From Azolla caroliniana (lineage: Eukaryota > Plantae > Polypodiophyta): a DNA stretch of 64,000 bases. The stretch is from contig JBHGNT010000020.1 in the NCBI GenBank assembly GCA_043228905.1, positions 3,968,001 through 4,032,000 on the forward strand, given 5' to 3'. The first letter of the stretch is position 1. Every line of letters starts with the position of its first letter. Under the pieces are notes generated by a model. It saw only the letters and a program-made list of their open reading frames with translations, did no database searches and was not told where the DNA came from. This document shows, piece by piece, positions 1-12,522 of the stretch. A program made the position numbers and the translations under genes.

Positions 1-239
1 TAATTGGTGTGGTGCTTTCCATAATGTATCTTGTCTTGTTTAGATCTTATTCTCTTGAATCTTAATCTTTCTTTTCCTTCTCGGTTGAACTCCCAAGCTT
101 CTCTCCCTCCTCTTACTCCCTAGTTCAAGACCCATTGTGGTCCCATCCTATCCAACATGCACACGCAGATTTCCACGACATCGGTCTGAAGACACAAGGA
201 CTAATCTGGACGGATGCTAGATAACACTTGAAGAACCGG

Positions 240-2325
240 TCGGATCCGGACATAGAACCGATTCGATCGAAGGAGAAGAATTGGAACCTGGAACCGGTCA
301 AGACCCTGAATCGGATTCGGATGAAGAATAGAGGGAGGAGCCGGTTGTCGGAAACCAATGACGGAGATACCCTTTGAGAGAGAGAAGGCCCCCCCGAAGA
401 TTTCCGGATGCAGAGCATGTCTTACTGACCAACGAGGGGGAGTCGGAAAGCTCCGAAGGAGTAAGGAAAGACACCCACAACCGCAAGTGGTTGAGTGCCA
501 TGTAGGATGAGATGGATTCCCTGCATGGGAACCACACATATGAATTGACAGAGTTGCTGAAAGGAAAGAGAGTGCTTCGGAACAAGTGGGTATACAAGCT
601 GAAACCGGGAGATGCCGGAAATCCACCGAGATACAGAGCCCGAATCTTGGTGAAGGGCTTCCAACAGAAAAAGAGAGTGGATTTCGACGAGATCCAAAAT
701 TGGAAATCTAAAGAAGGGCTTGGGACAGACCTTCTCAATGAAAGGTCTGGGTCTGACAAGACAGATATTGGGGATGCACATAGTACAGGACTGGACGAAG
801 AATATATTGTGGCTGTCACAAGAGAAGTACGTTGTCGTGAAGATTTTCGTCCACAAGTGGAAACCCGAGCAACGAGAGCCAAAGAGCGATATGCAACGTT
901 GCACACATACATAATGTATTTGTAATAGTAATAAGGGTAAAGGGTATGGTGCTAGAAATGCCCCATAAGATCCCTAAGGTATAAAGGTGATGTGGTCTTG
1001 GGCGCACATCCACGCGCGAGAGAGAGAGAGGTACTATGCGGTACATAGGTACCTAGTTGTTTGTGAGGAGGTGGGAGTTAAGGGGGCCATCAATCTCACC
1101 CTCCTCAAATCAAGGCAAATATCCCCTTTGAATGAAAGGGGATATTTTAGTCTCACTTTTGTAAACGGTCTTCCCTCCTTGTGCTATAAAAGGAGAGGGA
1201 AGGCACCATTGTGGGGGTTGCCTATTTTGAGTGTGCGAGGTATACCACATAGGTCGAGCGTTAGGGTTAGGGTTAGGGTTTCTTTGTCTTTTCTTCATCT
1301 TCGTCGGTTAGGGTTTCGAGTAGTCGTTTGGTGCGGCCTACGCGGCCACCGCTTTGTAATCGTTCATTTCGTTTTAATATATCTTGTTGAAAATCTTGTC
1401 TTCATCTTCCTCTTGTTCATTCTTCTTCTTCTTCTTGAGCAAACCTTCCATTCCATGTCCGATTCCTTCTCCTTTACTCCTTAGTCCAAGACCCCCGTGG
1501 TCCCGCCCTTCTCCACGCACGCGCGTAGCAACGCAACAACGTGACAAAGGTGCTATCGGTCGGATCGACACTTCCGGCAAACTGCAAGTTGTCCGAGAAG
1601 CAGAGCCCGAAGATAAAGGTAGAGAAGGCGTAGACAATGAAGATACCATATGCCTCTGCCTTCGGAAGCTTGATGTACGCAATGGTGTGTACTCGGCTAG
1701 ATATCAAATATGCAATCGAAGTGATCCGCTGGTTCATGAGCAATCTGGGAAGAGAACATAGGACCGTGGTCAAGTGGATACTCCGGTACTTGAAAGGCAC
1801 CTTGAGTATGCGCCTCTGATTTGGCTCGGGTAAACCTGAACTTGAAGGACTCACAGATTCAGATATGTCGGTTGATGCGGATACTAGCCGGTCAACATCC
1901 AAATATGTCATGATATATGCAGGGGGCATTGTATCGTGGCAGTCGAGGCTGCAAAAGTCCGTTGCACTATTGACAATGGAAACAGAGTACATGGCGGCTG
2001 TAGAAGCCGGTAAAGAGGTAATCTGGATGAAGAACTTCATCCGAGAGCTAGGGATTTGGTAGGAGGAATTCCGGCTCCACTGCGATAGTCAAAGTGTCAT
2101 CCACCTCACGAAGAGACGAAGAACGCGGCCTACGATTCTCAGATCAGGCACATCCATAGGAGATATCACTAGCTCCGGGAGAAGGTAGAAGATAAAGAGT
2201 TCTTGCTGACAAAGATCCATACGGAGGAGAACGGGTCGGACATGCTGACCAAGGTGTTGTCTGCCAATAAGATGGATGAGTGCATGAGACGGATCAGATT
2301 CCCATGCCGGAGTGAAGGGGGAGCT
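240..2325 (+). mobile_element. Degenerate Ty1/Copia pol fragment (IN-RT linker, RT, RNase H, PPT), interrupted by a solo LTR
   Basis: RT motifs NKWVYKLK..YRARILVKGFQQK, PYASAFGSLMY; RNase H SRSTSKYV..SWQSRLQKSVAL; PPT ggagtgaagggggagct at ~2309-2325; stops, frameshifts and deletions; similar to element at 47668-54223. Confidence 0.85.
833..1538 (+). mobile_element. Solo LTR (TGTCG...CAACA) with 4-bp TSD ACGT
   Basis: ACGT at 829-832 and 1539-1542; removing the insert restores host frame E-K-Y-V-T-K-V; TATA-like ctataaaagg at ~1184. Confidence 0.85.
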
Positions 2326-2855
2326 TGTTGGGAATTCGGTCCCTCCGGATGGGATCCGGAGGGTATCCAGATGGATCCGGTGTGAACTAGATCCAAGGAC
2401 ATATATGTAAATATGTTTCTAGTGTGGAACTAGATCCAAGGACATATCTGTAAATATGTTTCTAGTGTGCATGTCATGGACACATTTGTAAATAGTCCTA
2501 AAGTCATATAAGTATAAATATGACTTAGGGTAAGCACTTTGTATAGGTTTTTATCATTATCGTTGTATAGAGATACATGTAGGGAGAGAGAGATAAAGAA
2601 AGTCTTTCTGTTGTAACCGCCGGTTGGCGAAGGCGTAGAGCTCGAGGTCATTGCCTCTAAGTCTCCTATTGTACCCCTTTCTCTCATAGTGATAGTTGGA
2701 GTATGTGGGCTCCCGTGGTTTTTCCCTACTAGGGTTTTCCACATAAACATCTTGTGTCCTCTCTGTTGTTAGTGTAAGTGTATTAATCTCAATTTCTGTT
2801 TTGTTCTTCCATTGAGTGTTTAATACTTAGTTGTGGCCGAACACCATTCCTCACA
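2326..2855 (+). mobile_element. 3' LTR of the Copia fragment (right end approximate)
   Basis: TGTTGG immediately after the PPT; internal ~43-bp tandem duplication at 2384-2469. Confidence 0.6.
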
Positions 2856-3912
2856 TATAGGACTTTGTTCACCAGCCAATTTCAAACTCTTGTTGTAGAA
2901 AAGTCACTAAATCGCCTTGATCCCTAAATCAGGAAACAAGGACATTTATGTTGGCATAAAAGTCCTACTCTGCCCATATTGTATCCTCAGTGTGAACACA
3001 CAGTTAACCTATCTATAAAAGTAGGTAACTGAATATTGTAAAGTAGTGTTTGGGATTAGTAATGCAAGAGTCTCTTGAGCAGAAACAGTGTAACTGCATA
3101 GTCTGTGTTGAACAATGCACATGCATTCCCTTCTTGACACCTTGTTGTTTTCCTGACATATTAACTGATCCTACTTGCTTCTCTACCACTAGTCGGCTCA
3201 CCAACAAGAAGAAGCCAGCTAAGAAAACATTAGTGCCAACAATTTATGCAATTTTATGGCTTAAACATTAAACATTTATAAGATGTCGCAAACATCTACA
3301 CTTACTTCCAATGGGTCTCCATTTGAGGGAGGTATGACTCCATAAGGTCATCTAAACCCTTTTTGGACAAAATCCTACCTCCTAGAGGAATTGTGCCAAA
3401 GTTCTCATTGAGATTACAATAAATCTAGAGAGAACCAATTGATGATCGTGCAAAAGAGGGCATCACGTCTGTTGATTCCACACATGACTGATGTGAGGAC
3501 GTGTCAACTGTTAGGACGTCGAGATCTATTACATGGAGCACACAAAAAGTAAGAACTCACATAATGAAATAATGCAATAAACAATGCATCTACCTTAAAT
3601 TTGTAGACGGGGATTATGGCCTTGTTCAATGGGGTGTTTGAAAGAGTTGATAGTGTCTACTAGAGTTCTTGGGGATGGTAATGCAACTGCTTATTGTTGA
3701 TCTACTGTCTTCATTTGTGTCAGCGACAACATCTGAGAAACATTCAATTGTAATTGCTTGACACATTTCTGAAGGTCTTCATACTTCAACTTTCATAATA
3801 GTTCCATGTGTGTTTGAATGGTGTCTAGTGTATACCCTAATCCTGTCATGAAGTATTGTGTGGAGAATTAATTGTCTTGGGATGCTCAATGACAAATTTG
3901 CAAACATAGAAT

Positions 3913-4005
3913 TGTTATTTACCTAAAACATAGGATCCATGTTTATGTGTATGTGTATGTGTATGTGTATGTGCATGTGCATGTGCATGTGCATGTGTAT
4001 GTGCA

Positions 4006-4102
<97 letters not shown>

Positions 4103-4222
4103 GTTGTATGCATGTATGTGCATGTGTATGTGTAAGTGTATGCGTATGTGTATGTGCATGTCTATGTGTATATGTATGTTGTATGTTGTATGTGTATGTG
4201 TATATGTGTATGTGTATGTGTA

Positions 4223-4257
<35 letters not shown>

Positions 4258-4270
4258 ATGTATACGTGTA

Positions 4271-4307
<37 letters not shown>

Positions 4308-4860
4308 GTATGTATGTGTGTATATGTGTAGGTGTAGGTGTAGGTGTAGGTGTATGTGTATGTGTTGGCATAAAAGGCCGACCCCTTCTATCTTGTATCC
4401 TATGTGTGAAGACATCTTCAAGTTAGGGCTTCTATATATATAAGCCCAAATGTAACATTGTATAGACAAAGTTATAGAAGAGAAATGAAGTTTACCATTA
4501 GCGCTAAATCATGTCTACCTTACCTTCTAACTTCTTGCATATCTATACTTTGTATGTGTTATTTGTGTTACACATCTTCTGACAGGTCCTCACATATCCT
4601 TCTGCATATCATATTCAACAAGTGGTATCAGAGGACCTCGCTGTCCGGCAGCAGTGAACAACAAAAACTGAGAAGAGAAGCTATCTAACTGAGAGAAAAG
4701 ACAAGGCTAGCAACATCTACTTTCCAGAAAACGACGACACAATCCAACACAAATGTGGAAATCTAGAAGTTCAATGGGAAGAACTTTGTCCAATGGAAAG
4801 AAATAATGCAAGATGCGCTCATAATCCGAAGACAGGTCGAAGCGATTCGCCAAAGTGACT
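3913..4860 (+). mobile_element. Copia 5' LTR (3913-4620) + PBS(Met-i) + truncated gag start
   Basis: TGTT...CAACA followed by ag-TGGTATCAGAG at 4623; downstream KFNGKNFVQWKEIMQDAL resembles the gag N-terminus of the element at 15277. Confidence 0.7.
3940..4365. repeat. Compound (TGTATG)n/(TGCATG)n/(TGTAGG)n microsatellite within an LTR
   Basis: Directly visible hexamer array; source of the spurious His/Ile and Met/Cys ORFs. Confidence 0.97.
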
Positions 4861-4932
4861 GTTAGAAATAGTACTAGAGGCAAAGAGAATTGGTACTAGC
4901 GAGGTAGAGAAGAGAGAAAGACTGTGTGAGGA

Positions 4933-4992
<60 letters not shown>

Positions 4993-4998
<6 letters not shown>

Positions 4999-6828
4999 GA
5001 TAGAGATAGATTATATTATCGTCTTCGGAGGTCAAATATGACCTATGAGACCAAAAATATTACATTTCACGTGATACGTGTGAAAGTGAGTAGTGACTCT
5101 TGATGTTCAAGAACTTTACCAATGAATGTTGCAATCGAGAGTGCACATTGTGGTTGTGAGAGGAATTCATGCAAAGATTGGGCTCAATCGAAGAGATGTG
5201 GAAAGCATGGTCGAATATGATCAAAGGCAGAGCATTGTATCAAAGTGTGATACTCAGACTCGCGAACTTGTTTAGGGCAAAGTGTGCATAGCCGACCACT
5301 CTCATCACTTGTACCCCAACGCCCTGTTTTACATCGCAATGCATGTGAGCTAAGTCGCATGGAAGCAATGGTTCGAATGGCAGATAACGGTATGGGCTCT
5401 AACATGTATGGATGTGTACGATTTCCCCGTTCCGCAAAGAATATGGTTTTGTAGTTAGTTGCAACATGTGTAGTATAATGTGTGAAGCGTGAGCCTCCAC
5501 ATTTGTCCCATGTCATGATACATTGGCGTTGCAAAAATGCCTCATTTACAGAGGAATCTAATGATGCATCATGAAGCAAGTGTCTCGCATCCCATCTACC
5601 AAACCATTTTTCTATATCTTGCATCCAACCGGAACACAAAATTTTGCTTTTATGTGTCTTTTGGATCTTTTTGCTTGCTTCCCACGCAATTCTAGGAAAT
5701 TGATGTGAGGGACTTTTTTGAACCTTAAGCATGTATTCAACAACCCTTTCCATGGCCATGATCTCAATGGGAAGCGATCTCGTCTCAAGGAGGACGAGGG
5801 TGTAGGGCGTTTGTTTCTTAACTTGTAGAAACTTGGTAAGAAAATGCTTTTGGACATTTTCAAACTCTTTCCACATAGATTTAGGGATGCTACCGCCCCA
5901 TACTTCCACCCCATAGAGAAGAACCAGTGTCCCCAAAGTATCAAAAAGATATTTCTTGAGGACCCAACACTTAATATCTCCAAGATTGCATGTGTTCTCA
6001 AATGCATAGTATGCTCGCTTGCCTGCCTCTAAGCGGCGTGTAGCACATTCATTCCATCTATGATTTGAAGGAACTTCAAGGCCAAGATATTTGAAGCTTT
6101 CCACACATTCAAGTGGCTCATTGTTGTACAAAATGCATGGTTTATCTCTTTTTTGGCTCTTCACAAGCATAATCTTTGTTTTAGAGCTATTGACACTTAA
6201 TTTAGTATGCATGCAAAATTTTTCCAATGCCTTCATAAGCTTTTGTGCATCTCCTAAAGTATTTGCAAAAAGCACTACATCATCTGCATATAGCAAAAGC
6301 ATAATCACAACATTCCCAATGGCAACTTCTTCAACACATTCTTCCTTCACAAACTTGGTAACCATTTCTTCCATTTCATCAATGCATAGACCAAATAGTG
6401 TTGGTGAGAGTGGGCATCCTTGCTTAACACCAATAGTGCTTTTGAAAAAATCTGAAAGTTTATCTCTCATGCGCACACAACATATAACCTTCTCATAAAT
6501 TCGGGAAATTGCAAGCATATATTCACTTGGCACCTCAAGTTCTTCCATTCGCCTCCAAAGATGCTCACGAGGTACCATATCAAAAGCTTTCTTGAAGTCT
6601 ACAAAGCAACAATATAAACCTTTACCTCTAAGGCGACTTTCCTCCATTAATACTCGAAGGGTGATAAGGTGATCAATGGTGCTATGGTGTTTCCGAAAGC
6701 CAGCTTGTCCATAAGCTCTCTTACCACTTTTTTCAGCCCATACACTTATCTTTGATTCCATTATACATCCAAATAGCTTTGCCATTAATGAGCCAACCAT
6801 GATGGTTCGATAGTTGTTTACATTATTT
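4993..6828 (-). mobile_element. 5'-truncated RTEX-like LINE (RT + C-terminal CCHC), copy 1, in a (GA)n tract
   Basis: ORF 5184-6800 nearly identical to the C-terminal part of 9224-12480; same 3' end and TC/TCTA tail; premature stop (CGA>TGA) near the C-terminus. Confidence 0.9.
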
Positions 6829-6829
6829 T

Positions 6830-7019
6830 AGGTATTCTCATGTGGAATTTTTGGATGTTAGAGCATGTGGGGTTCATTTCCTCAAATGCATATTCAAGTT
6901 TTTTAATGGCATTACAAGATGTCCCTCTTCTTACATAGGCACATATGATAGGTAGAGGAGAATAAGAAGTGTTGTAACTAAGTGGATTTTACATACAATT
7001 AATATAATTGTGTGCTTTT

Positions 7020-7022
<3 letters not shown>
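6830..7022 (+). mobile_element. 3' terminal fragment of the L1/Tx1-like LINE, followed by (GA)n
   Basis: Aligns by eye to 38098-38290 (aggtattctcatgtggaatttttggatg...tgtgtgcttttacc), then (GA)n at 7023-7061. Confidence 0.88.
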
Positions 7023-7064
<42 letters not shown>

Positions 7065-7112
7065 AGATGGATGTGGCTTAGTTGGAGAGGTTGGCCAATG
7101 GAGACCAGGAGG

Positions 7113-7415
7113 TCATTGGTTGAGAGACTTGCTTGGACTATATCCTAGCCAATCTACCAAATAGTCGAGCTTGTTATGAACAATCTTGGAATCGAGGATG
7201 GCAACAACTTTGTACTCAGGTCCATCTTCAAGTTCAATTGGGGGTGGAGGTGGTGTAATACGATTAGGAATAGAGTTTTCCTGACATGGTTCTAGGAGAG
7301 AACTATGAAATACCAGATGTATTCGTAATTGCAAAGGTAGATCAAGGCGAAAAATGACATGATTAATTTTCCTGTTAATACGGAAAGGGCCTAACCTTTG
7401 ATAATCCAATTTGGC
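7113..7415 (-). mobile_element. Chromovirus (Gypsy) integrase C-terminal/chromodomain fragment
   Basis: DYQRLGPFRI..HLVFHSSLL (GPF motif) then EYKVVAILDS..YLVDWLGY (chromodomain). Confidence 0.8.
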
Positions 7416-7421
7416 ACATGG

Positions 7422-7915
7422 TCAAGTGGTCTTTATGTATCGTCGTAATAGTGACTTCCTAACTAGATCCTTTCTTTCACACACCTTTCTTTCGAAATTG
7501 GTGTCCGCAGACTCAAATAACTTGACAGAGATTAATATTTCCCTACTCAACTCTTTCAGACACCACCTAAATCTACTAGGTCCACAATCTTGACATAAAC
7601 CTGTGACACATTTATAATTGTGGAAGATAGCCTCAGATTCTCTTAGACACAATACTGAATCTAAAAGACCACTCATGGATACACATACATGCTCTGATGA
7701 TTTACAATGCTCTTATAGGCTAGATCGACAAATTGGGCTCTACATCCTGTAGGGAGGAGCTATGGTGACGTAGTAGATTAACAGAATCCTTGAGAAAACC
7801 CATTTGTACATGGTAAATGCAACAACATGTGTATCGATCCTTTAAGCGTCTCACAAACTGTGGCTTAAGAGACTCGAATGTTCGTAGTTGAACTTTGATA
7901 TTTGGATGCATTCAC
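7422..7915 (-). pseudogene. Cys-rich coding relic, possibly DNA-transposon derived
   Basis: FESLKPQFVRRLKDRYTCCCIYH and CVTGLCQDCG in adjacent broken frames; family not identified. Confidence 0.35.
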
Positions 7916-7979
7916 TTGAACATAATAAATAAATTTACCTACGTAATAAGAAGGGAGTCTAGTGAGTAACTTTCTTATC

Positions 7980-8467
7980 TGATGTAGTTAGTTAGCTATA
8001 GTTTGATAACTAATGAGCTATGATAATATTCTGATGTAGCTAATTAGCTATGATCATATTTTGATGTCGCTAATTAGTTATGAAACTATTCTGGTGTAGC
8101 TAGTTAGCTTTGGTGTGTAGCTAGTTAGCAATTACCAGTAGCTAGTTAGCTATTGCCATCCGGTTTTAGCTAATTAGCTATTTTGATGCAACTAAATAGC
8201 TATAGTGGTAGCTAGTTAGCTATTACCAGTAGCTAGTTAACGATTACCAATAACTAGTTACCTATGATCATATTCTGATGTAGTTAATTAGCTGTTGTGG
8301 TAACTAATTAGCTGATAATAGCTAGTTAGCTATTGTCAATAGCTAATTAGCTATTACTAGTAGCTAGCGAGCTATTTCCAGTAGGTAGTTAGCTATGATC
8401 ATATTCTGATGTAGTTAATTAGCTATTGTGGTAGCTAATTAGATGATAATAGTTATTTAGCTATTGC
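7980..8467. repeat. Array of palindromic TAGCTA(A/G)TTAGCTA motifs
   Basis: Many copies of tagctaattagcta / tagctagttagcta with short spacers. Confidence 0.85.
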
Positions 8468-8497
8468 TGTCACGGACAAGTAGACGAGGCTCAATAC

Positions 8498-8552
<55 letters not shown>

Positions 8553-9141
8553 ATTGACAAGATAATAAGAAAGAGAGAGAGAAAGTAGTCAAGAGAATTA
8601 GAACTGAATTATGATTCCGTAACTAGTGTTATTCACCTTGACTAAGGCCAAGGTGAACCTGTATTTATACATGTTTATGGGCTCTAAATGTAGCTCCATG
8701 CAAAGAATCATTTTCATGCACAAGCTTCTAGAATGTTCTAGCTTCTGGAGCTTTCTGGAAGCTTCTAAAATCCTACATGTAGAATAGATAATCTCAATAA
8801 TCTAGTAAGGTAACATGATTATGTATTGGATGTATTAGTTAAAACATATCGATTAAATACAATAGGTCAAGATTTCGAATCATGACATGACTCTTGTCAT
8901 GTCCATGACATTATCCCCCTGCTAAGGCCGCCTCCGAAGATGCCTCCCCGGTTTTTGTGGATATTGGTGATGAAATGCATGAACAACATCCAGTGCATTC
9001 TCCATGTGTTGGGCTAGTTCCCAAGTTGCCTCTGAAATGGGACACCCTTTCCATAGGACTAATGTAAAGAATCAAGAGATGGATTCTTGTGAAGCGGAAG
9101 AGATGTGAGTTATGTGTGTGTGTAAGAGAGAGAGAGAGAGA

Positions 9142-12100
9142 GATAGATAGATAGATAGATAGATAGATTATATTATCGTCTTCGGAGATCAAATATGACC
9201 TATGAGACCAAAAATATTACATTTCACGTGATACGTGTGAAAGTGAGTAGTGACTCTCGATGTTCAAGAACTTTACCAATGAATGTTGCAATCGAGAGTG
9301 CACATTGTGGTTGTGAGAGGAATTCATGCAAAGATTGGGCTCGATCGAAGAGATGTGGAAAGCATGGTCGAATATGATCAAAGGCAGAGCATTGTATCAA
9401 AGTGTGATACTCAGACTCGCGAACTTGTTTAGGGCAAAGTGTGCATAGCCGACCACTCTCATCACTTGTACCCCAACGCCCTGTTTCACATCGCAATGCA
9501 TGTGAGCTAAGTCGCATGGAAGCAATGGTTCGAATGGCAGATAACGGTATGGGCTCTAACATGTATGGATGTGTACGATTTCCCCGTTCCGCAAAGAATA
9601 TGGTTTTGTAGTTAGGTGCAACATGTGTAGTATAATGTGTGAAGCGTGAGCCTCCACATTTGTCCCATGTCATGATACATTGGCGTTGCAAAAATGCCTC
9701 ATTTACAGAGGAATCTAATGATGCATCATGAAGCAAGTGTCTCGCATCCCATCTACCAAACCATTTTTCTATATCTTGCATCCAACCGGAACACAAAATT
9801 TTGCTTTTATGCGTCTTTTGGATCTTTTTGCTTGCTTCCCACGCAATTCTAGGAAGTCGATGTGAGGGACTTTTTTGAACCTTAAGCATGTATTCAACAA
9901 CCCTTTCCATGGCCATGATCTCAATGGGAAGCGATCCCGTCTCAAGGAGGAGGAGGGTGTAGGGCGTTTGTTTCTTAACTTGTAGAAACTTGGTAAGAAA
10001 ATGCTTTTGGACATTTTCAAACTCTTTCCACATAGACTTAGGGATGCTACCGCCCCATACTTCCACCCCATAGAGAAGAACTGGTGTCACCAAAGTGTCA
10101 AAAAGATATTTCTTGAGGACCCAACACTTAATATCTCCAAGATTGCATGTGTTCTCAAATGCATAGTATGCTCGTTTGCCCGCCTCTAAGCGGCGTGTAG
10201 CACATTCATTCCATCTATGATTTGAAGGAACTTCAAGGCCAAGATATTTGAAGCTTTCCACATATTCAAGTGGCTCATTGTTGTACATAATGCATGGTTT
10301 ATCTCTTTTTTGGCTCTTCACAAGCATAATCTTTGTTTTAGAGCTATTGACACTTAATTTAGTATGCATGCAAAATTTTTCCAATGCCTTCATAAGCTTT
10401 TGTGCATCTCCTAAAGTATTTGCAAAAAGCACTACGTCATCTGCATATAGCAAAAGCATAATCACAACATTCCCAATGGCAACTTCTTCAACACATTCTT
10501 CCTTTGCAAACTTGGTAACCATTTCTTCCAATTCATCAATGCATAGACCAAATAGTGTTGGTGAGAGTGGGCATCCTTGCTTAACACCAATAGTGCTTTT
10601 GAAAAAATCTGAAAGTTTATCTTTCATGCGCACACAACATATAACCTTCTCATAAATTCGGGAAATTGCAAGCATATATTCACTTGGCACCTCAAGTTCT
10701 TTCATTCGCCTCCAAAGATGCTCACGAGGTACCATATCAAAAGCTTTCTTGAAGTCTACAAAGCAACAATATAAACCTTTACCTCTAAGGCGACTTTCCT
10801 CCATTAATACTCGAAGGGTGATAAGGTGATCAATGGTGCTATGGTGTTTCCGAAAGCCAGCTTGTCCATAAGCTCTCTTACCACTTTTTTCAGCCCATAC
10901 ACTTATCTTTGATTCCATTATGCATCCAAATAGTTTTGCCATTAATGAGCCAACCATGATGGTTCGATAATTGTTTACATTATTTATATCTCCACCTTTA
11001 TGTAAAGGTTTGATCCAATTTGTAGTCCAATCGTACGGCATACCATGTTGCAATGCATCATTAAACATATCGCTTATCCATATATGTGCTTCCTTTCCCG
11101 TCCATTTGAGCATTTCAGCCTTTATACATTGAAGATCGCTTGCCTTTCGAGAGGCCAATTTCTTAAGTCCTATGCATATATCTTCAATTGTAAAGAAGGA
11201 AGGCATATGTGAAAGAGAACCATAACACATCATCTTTCCGGCAAGAGATAACTCATATAAATTCTTACAATGCATAGACAAGTCGTGAAGAGTTAAGTCA
11301 CCATAACTCTCAACACTTTTTCCCTTTAGATTTCCCCAAAATTTAGCACATGCATGTGCTTTCTCTTGCGTTTGGATAAATTGTTGAGTAACTTCCCATA
11401 TTCTTCTCTTTCTTTGAATAAGCCTTTTATACTCATGCAAATGCTTTTGGTAATTCTCTTTATCCTTAACTACATCCAAAACCATAAGGCACTTTCGAGC
11501 TTCACGACATTCTTTATCAAACCATTTTTTCCTAAGTTTCTTGGTGCATTTCCAAGATGTGCGGTTGGTCGAAAAACATTTGTTTGTACATGAGAGAATG
11601 ACTTTCTTGAAAGCTTCCCATTTGCATTCTAGTGTGGCACCATGTTGTATCTTTGTCATTTGTAACATATCCTCAACCATCTTGGAATACATGGGTGCTC
11701 GCTTAAGGTTCATGCTCAAGTGCGGTTGTTTATTATCTTCAATAGCCTTCTCACAATCAAACCTATGCATACATTTGAGATCAATACATAAAGGCCTATG
11801 ATCTGATTCCGGTGTCCATTCACCAAGTGAGAATTTATGTATACGATCCAAAATACCTTCGGAAAGTAGCACATAATCAATCACACTATTTCCGTTGTAT
11901 TTTCTACATGTAAAACCATTAGTGTTGGGCCATAAGGAAATACCATTTGCAATAAGCAATCCGGTACTATTGCACATTTGTAGGAGTAGTTTCCCAAATT
12001 GGTCCGGATCTTTTTCATCGCTAGAAGAGCGGTTATACATTTGCATATCCTCTTGCATCCTTGAGATATGTGGCATGAAAGATTCTTGTGAATCAAGTTG

Positions 12101-12475
12101 GAAACTTCTTGTACGAGCATTCATGTCACCAAAGACAATAACTTCCCCTTTGGATTTGAAATAAGCAATATCATCTTCTAGATTGGCAAACGGTTGATCT
12201 TTATCCAAACAAGCATAAAAGTTAGAATCTTGATGAGGAATGTAACATCCAACAACAAAAGTGGGCAAATCATTAGGTGTTTCTATTTTGAGCCATATGT
12301 AGCATTTATTTTCATCATTTTTTATGATTGACACATATTTCTCTATTTCCTTCTTAATCAAACATGCCACCCCTCCTTGTCCTCTTCTTTGTCTTGGATT
12401 TTTCTTCCATATCAAAGAGTGTACATTATAGTTTCCTAAACCTTGAATCCTTTGAGTATCATGCTCCCATGTTTC

Positions 12476-12480
<5 letters not shown>
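9142..12480 (-). mobile_element. RTEX-like LINE, copy 2, inserted in the (AG)n tract of a Copia 3' LTR
   Basis: Flanked by (AG)n on both sides; (TCTA)n tail; the sister LTR (23058-23454) is empty at this site. Confidence 0.92.
9224..12480 (-). CDS. LINE ORF2: APE endonuclease + reverse transcriptase + CCHC finger, uninterrupted
   Basis: EN motifs ETW, GGVA, GDMNAR, SVIDY, SDH; RT motifs FVDFKKAFD, GVKQGCPLSP, YADD, FKYLG; RLSSHALRCETGRW..CTLC..EYHTLIQC. The RTEX clade call is an inference from the C-terminal motif and microsatellite tail. Confidence 0.9.

Positions 12481-12522
<42 letters not shown>

Noticed and set aside
3915-4469. His/Ile-, Met/Cys- and Val/Tyr-repeat ORFs
   Set aside because: Translations of a (TGTATG)n microsatellite; not genes.
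7980-8467. Possible CRISPR-like repeat-spacer array
   Set aside because: Irregular short degenerate palindromes, no constant repeat or spacer length, eukaryotic context, no cas genes.
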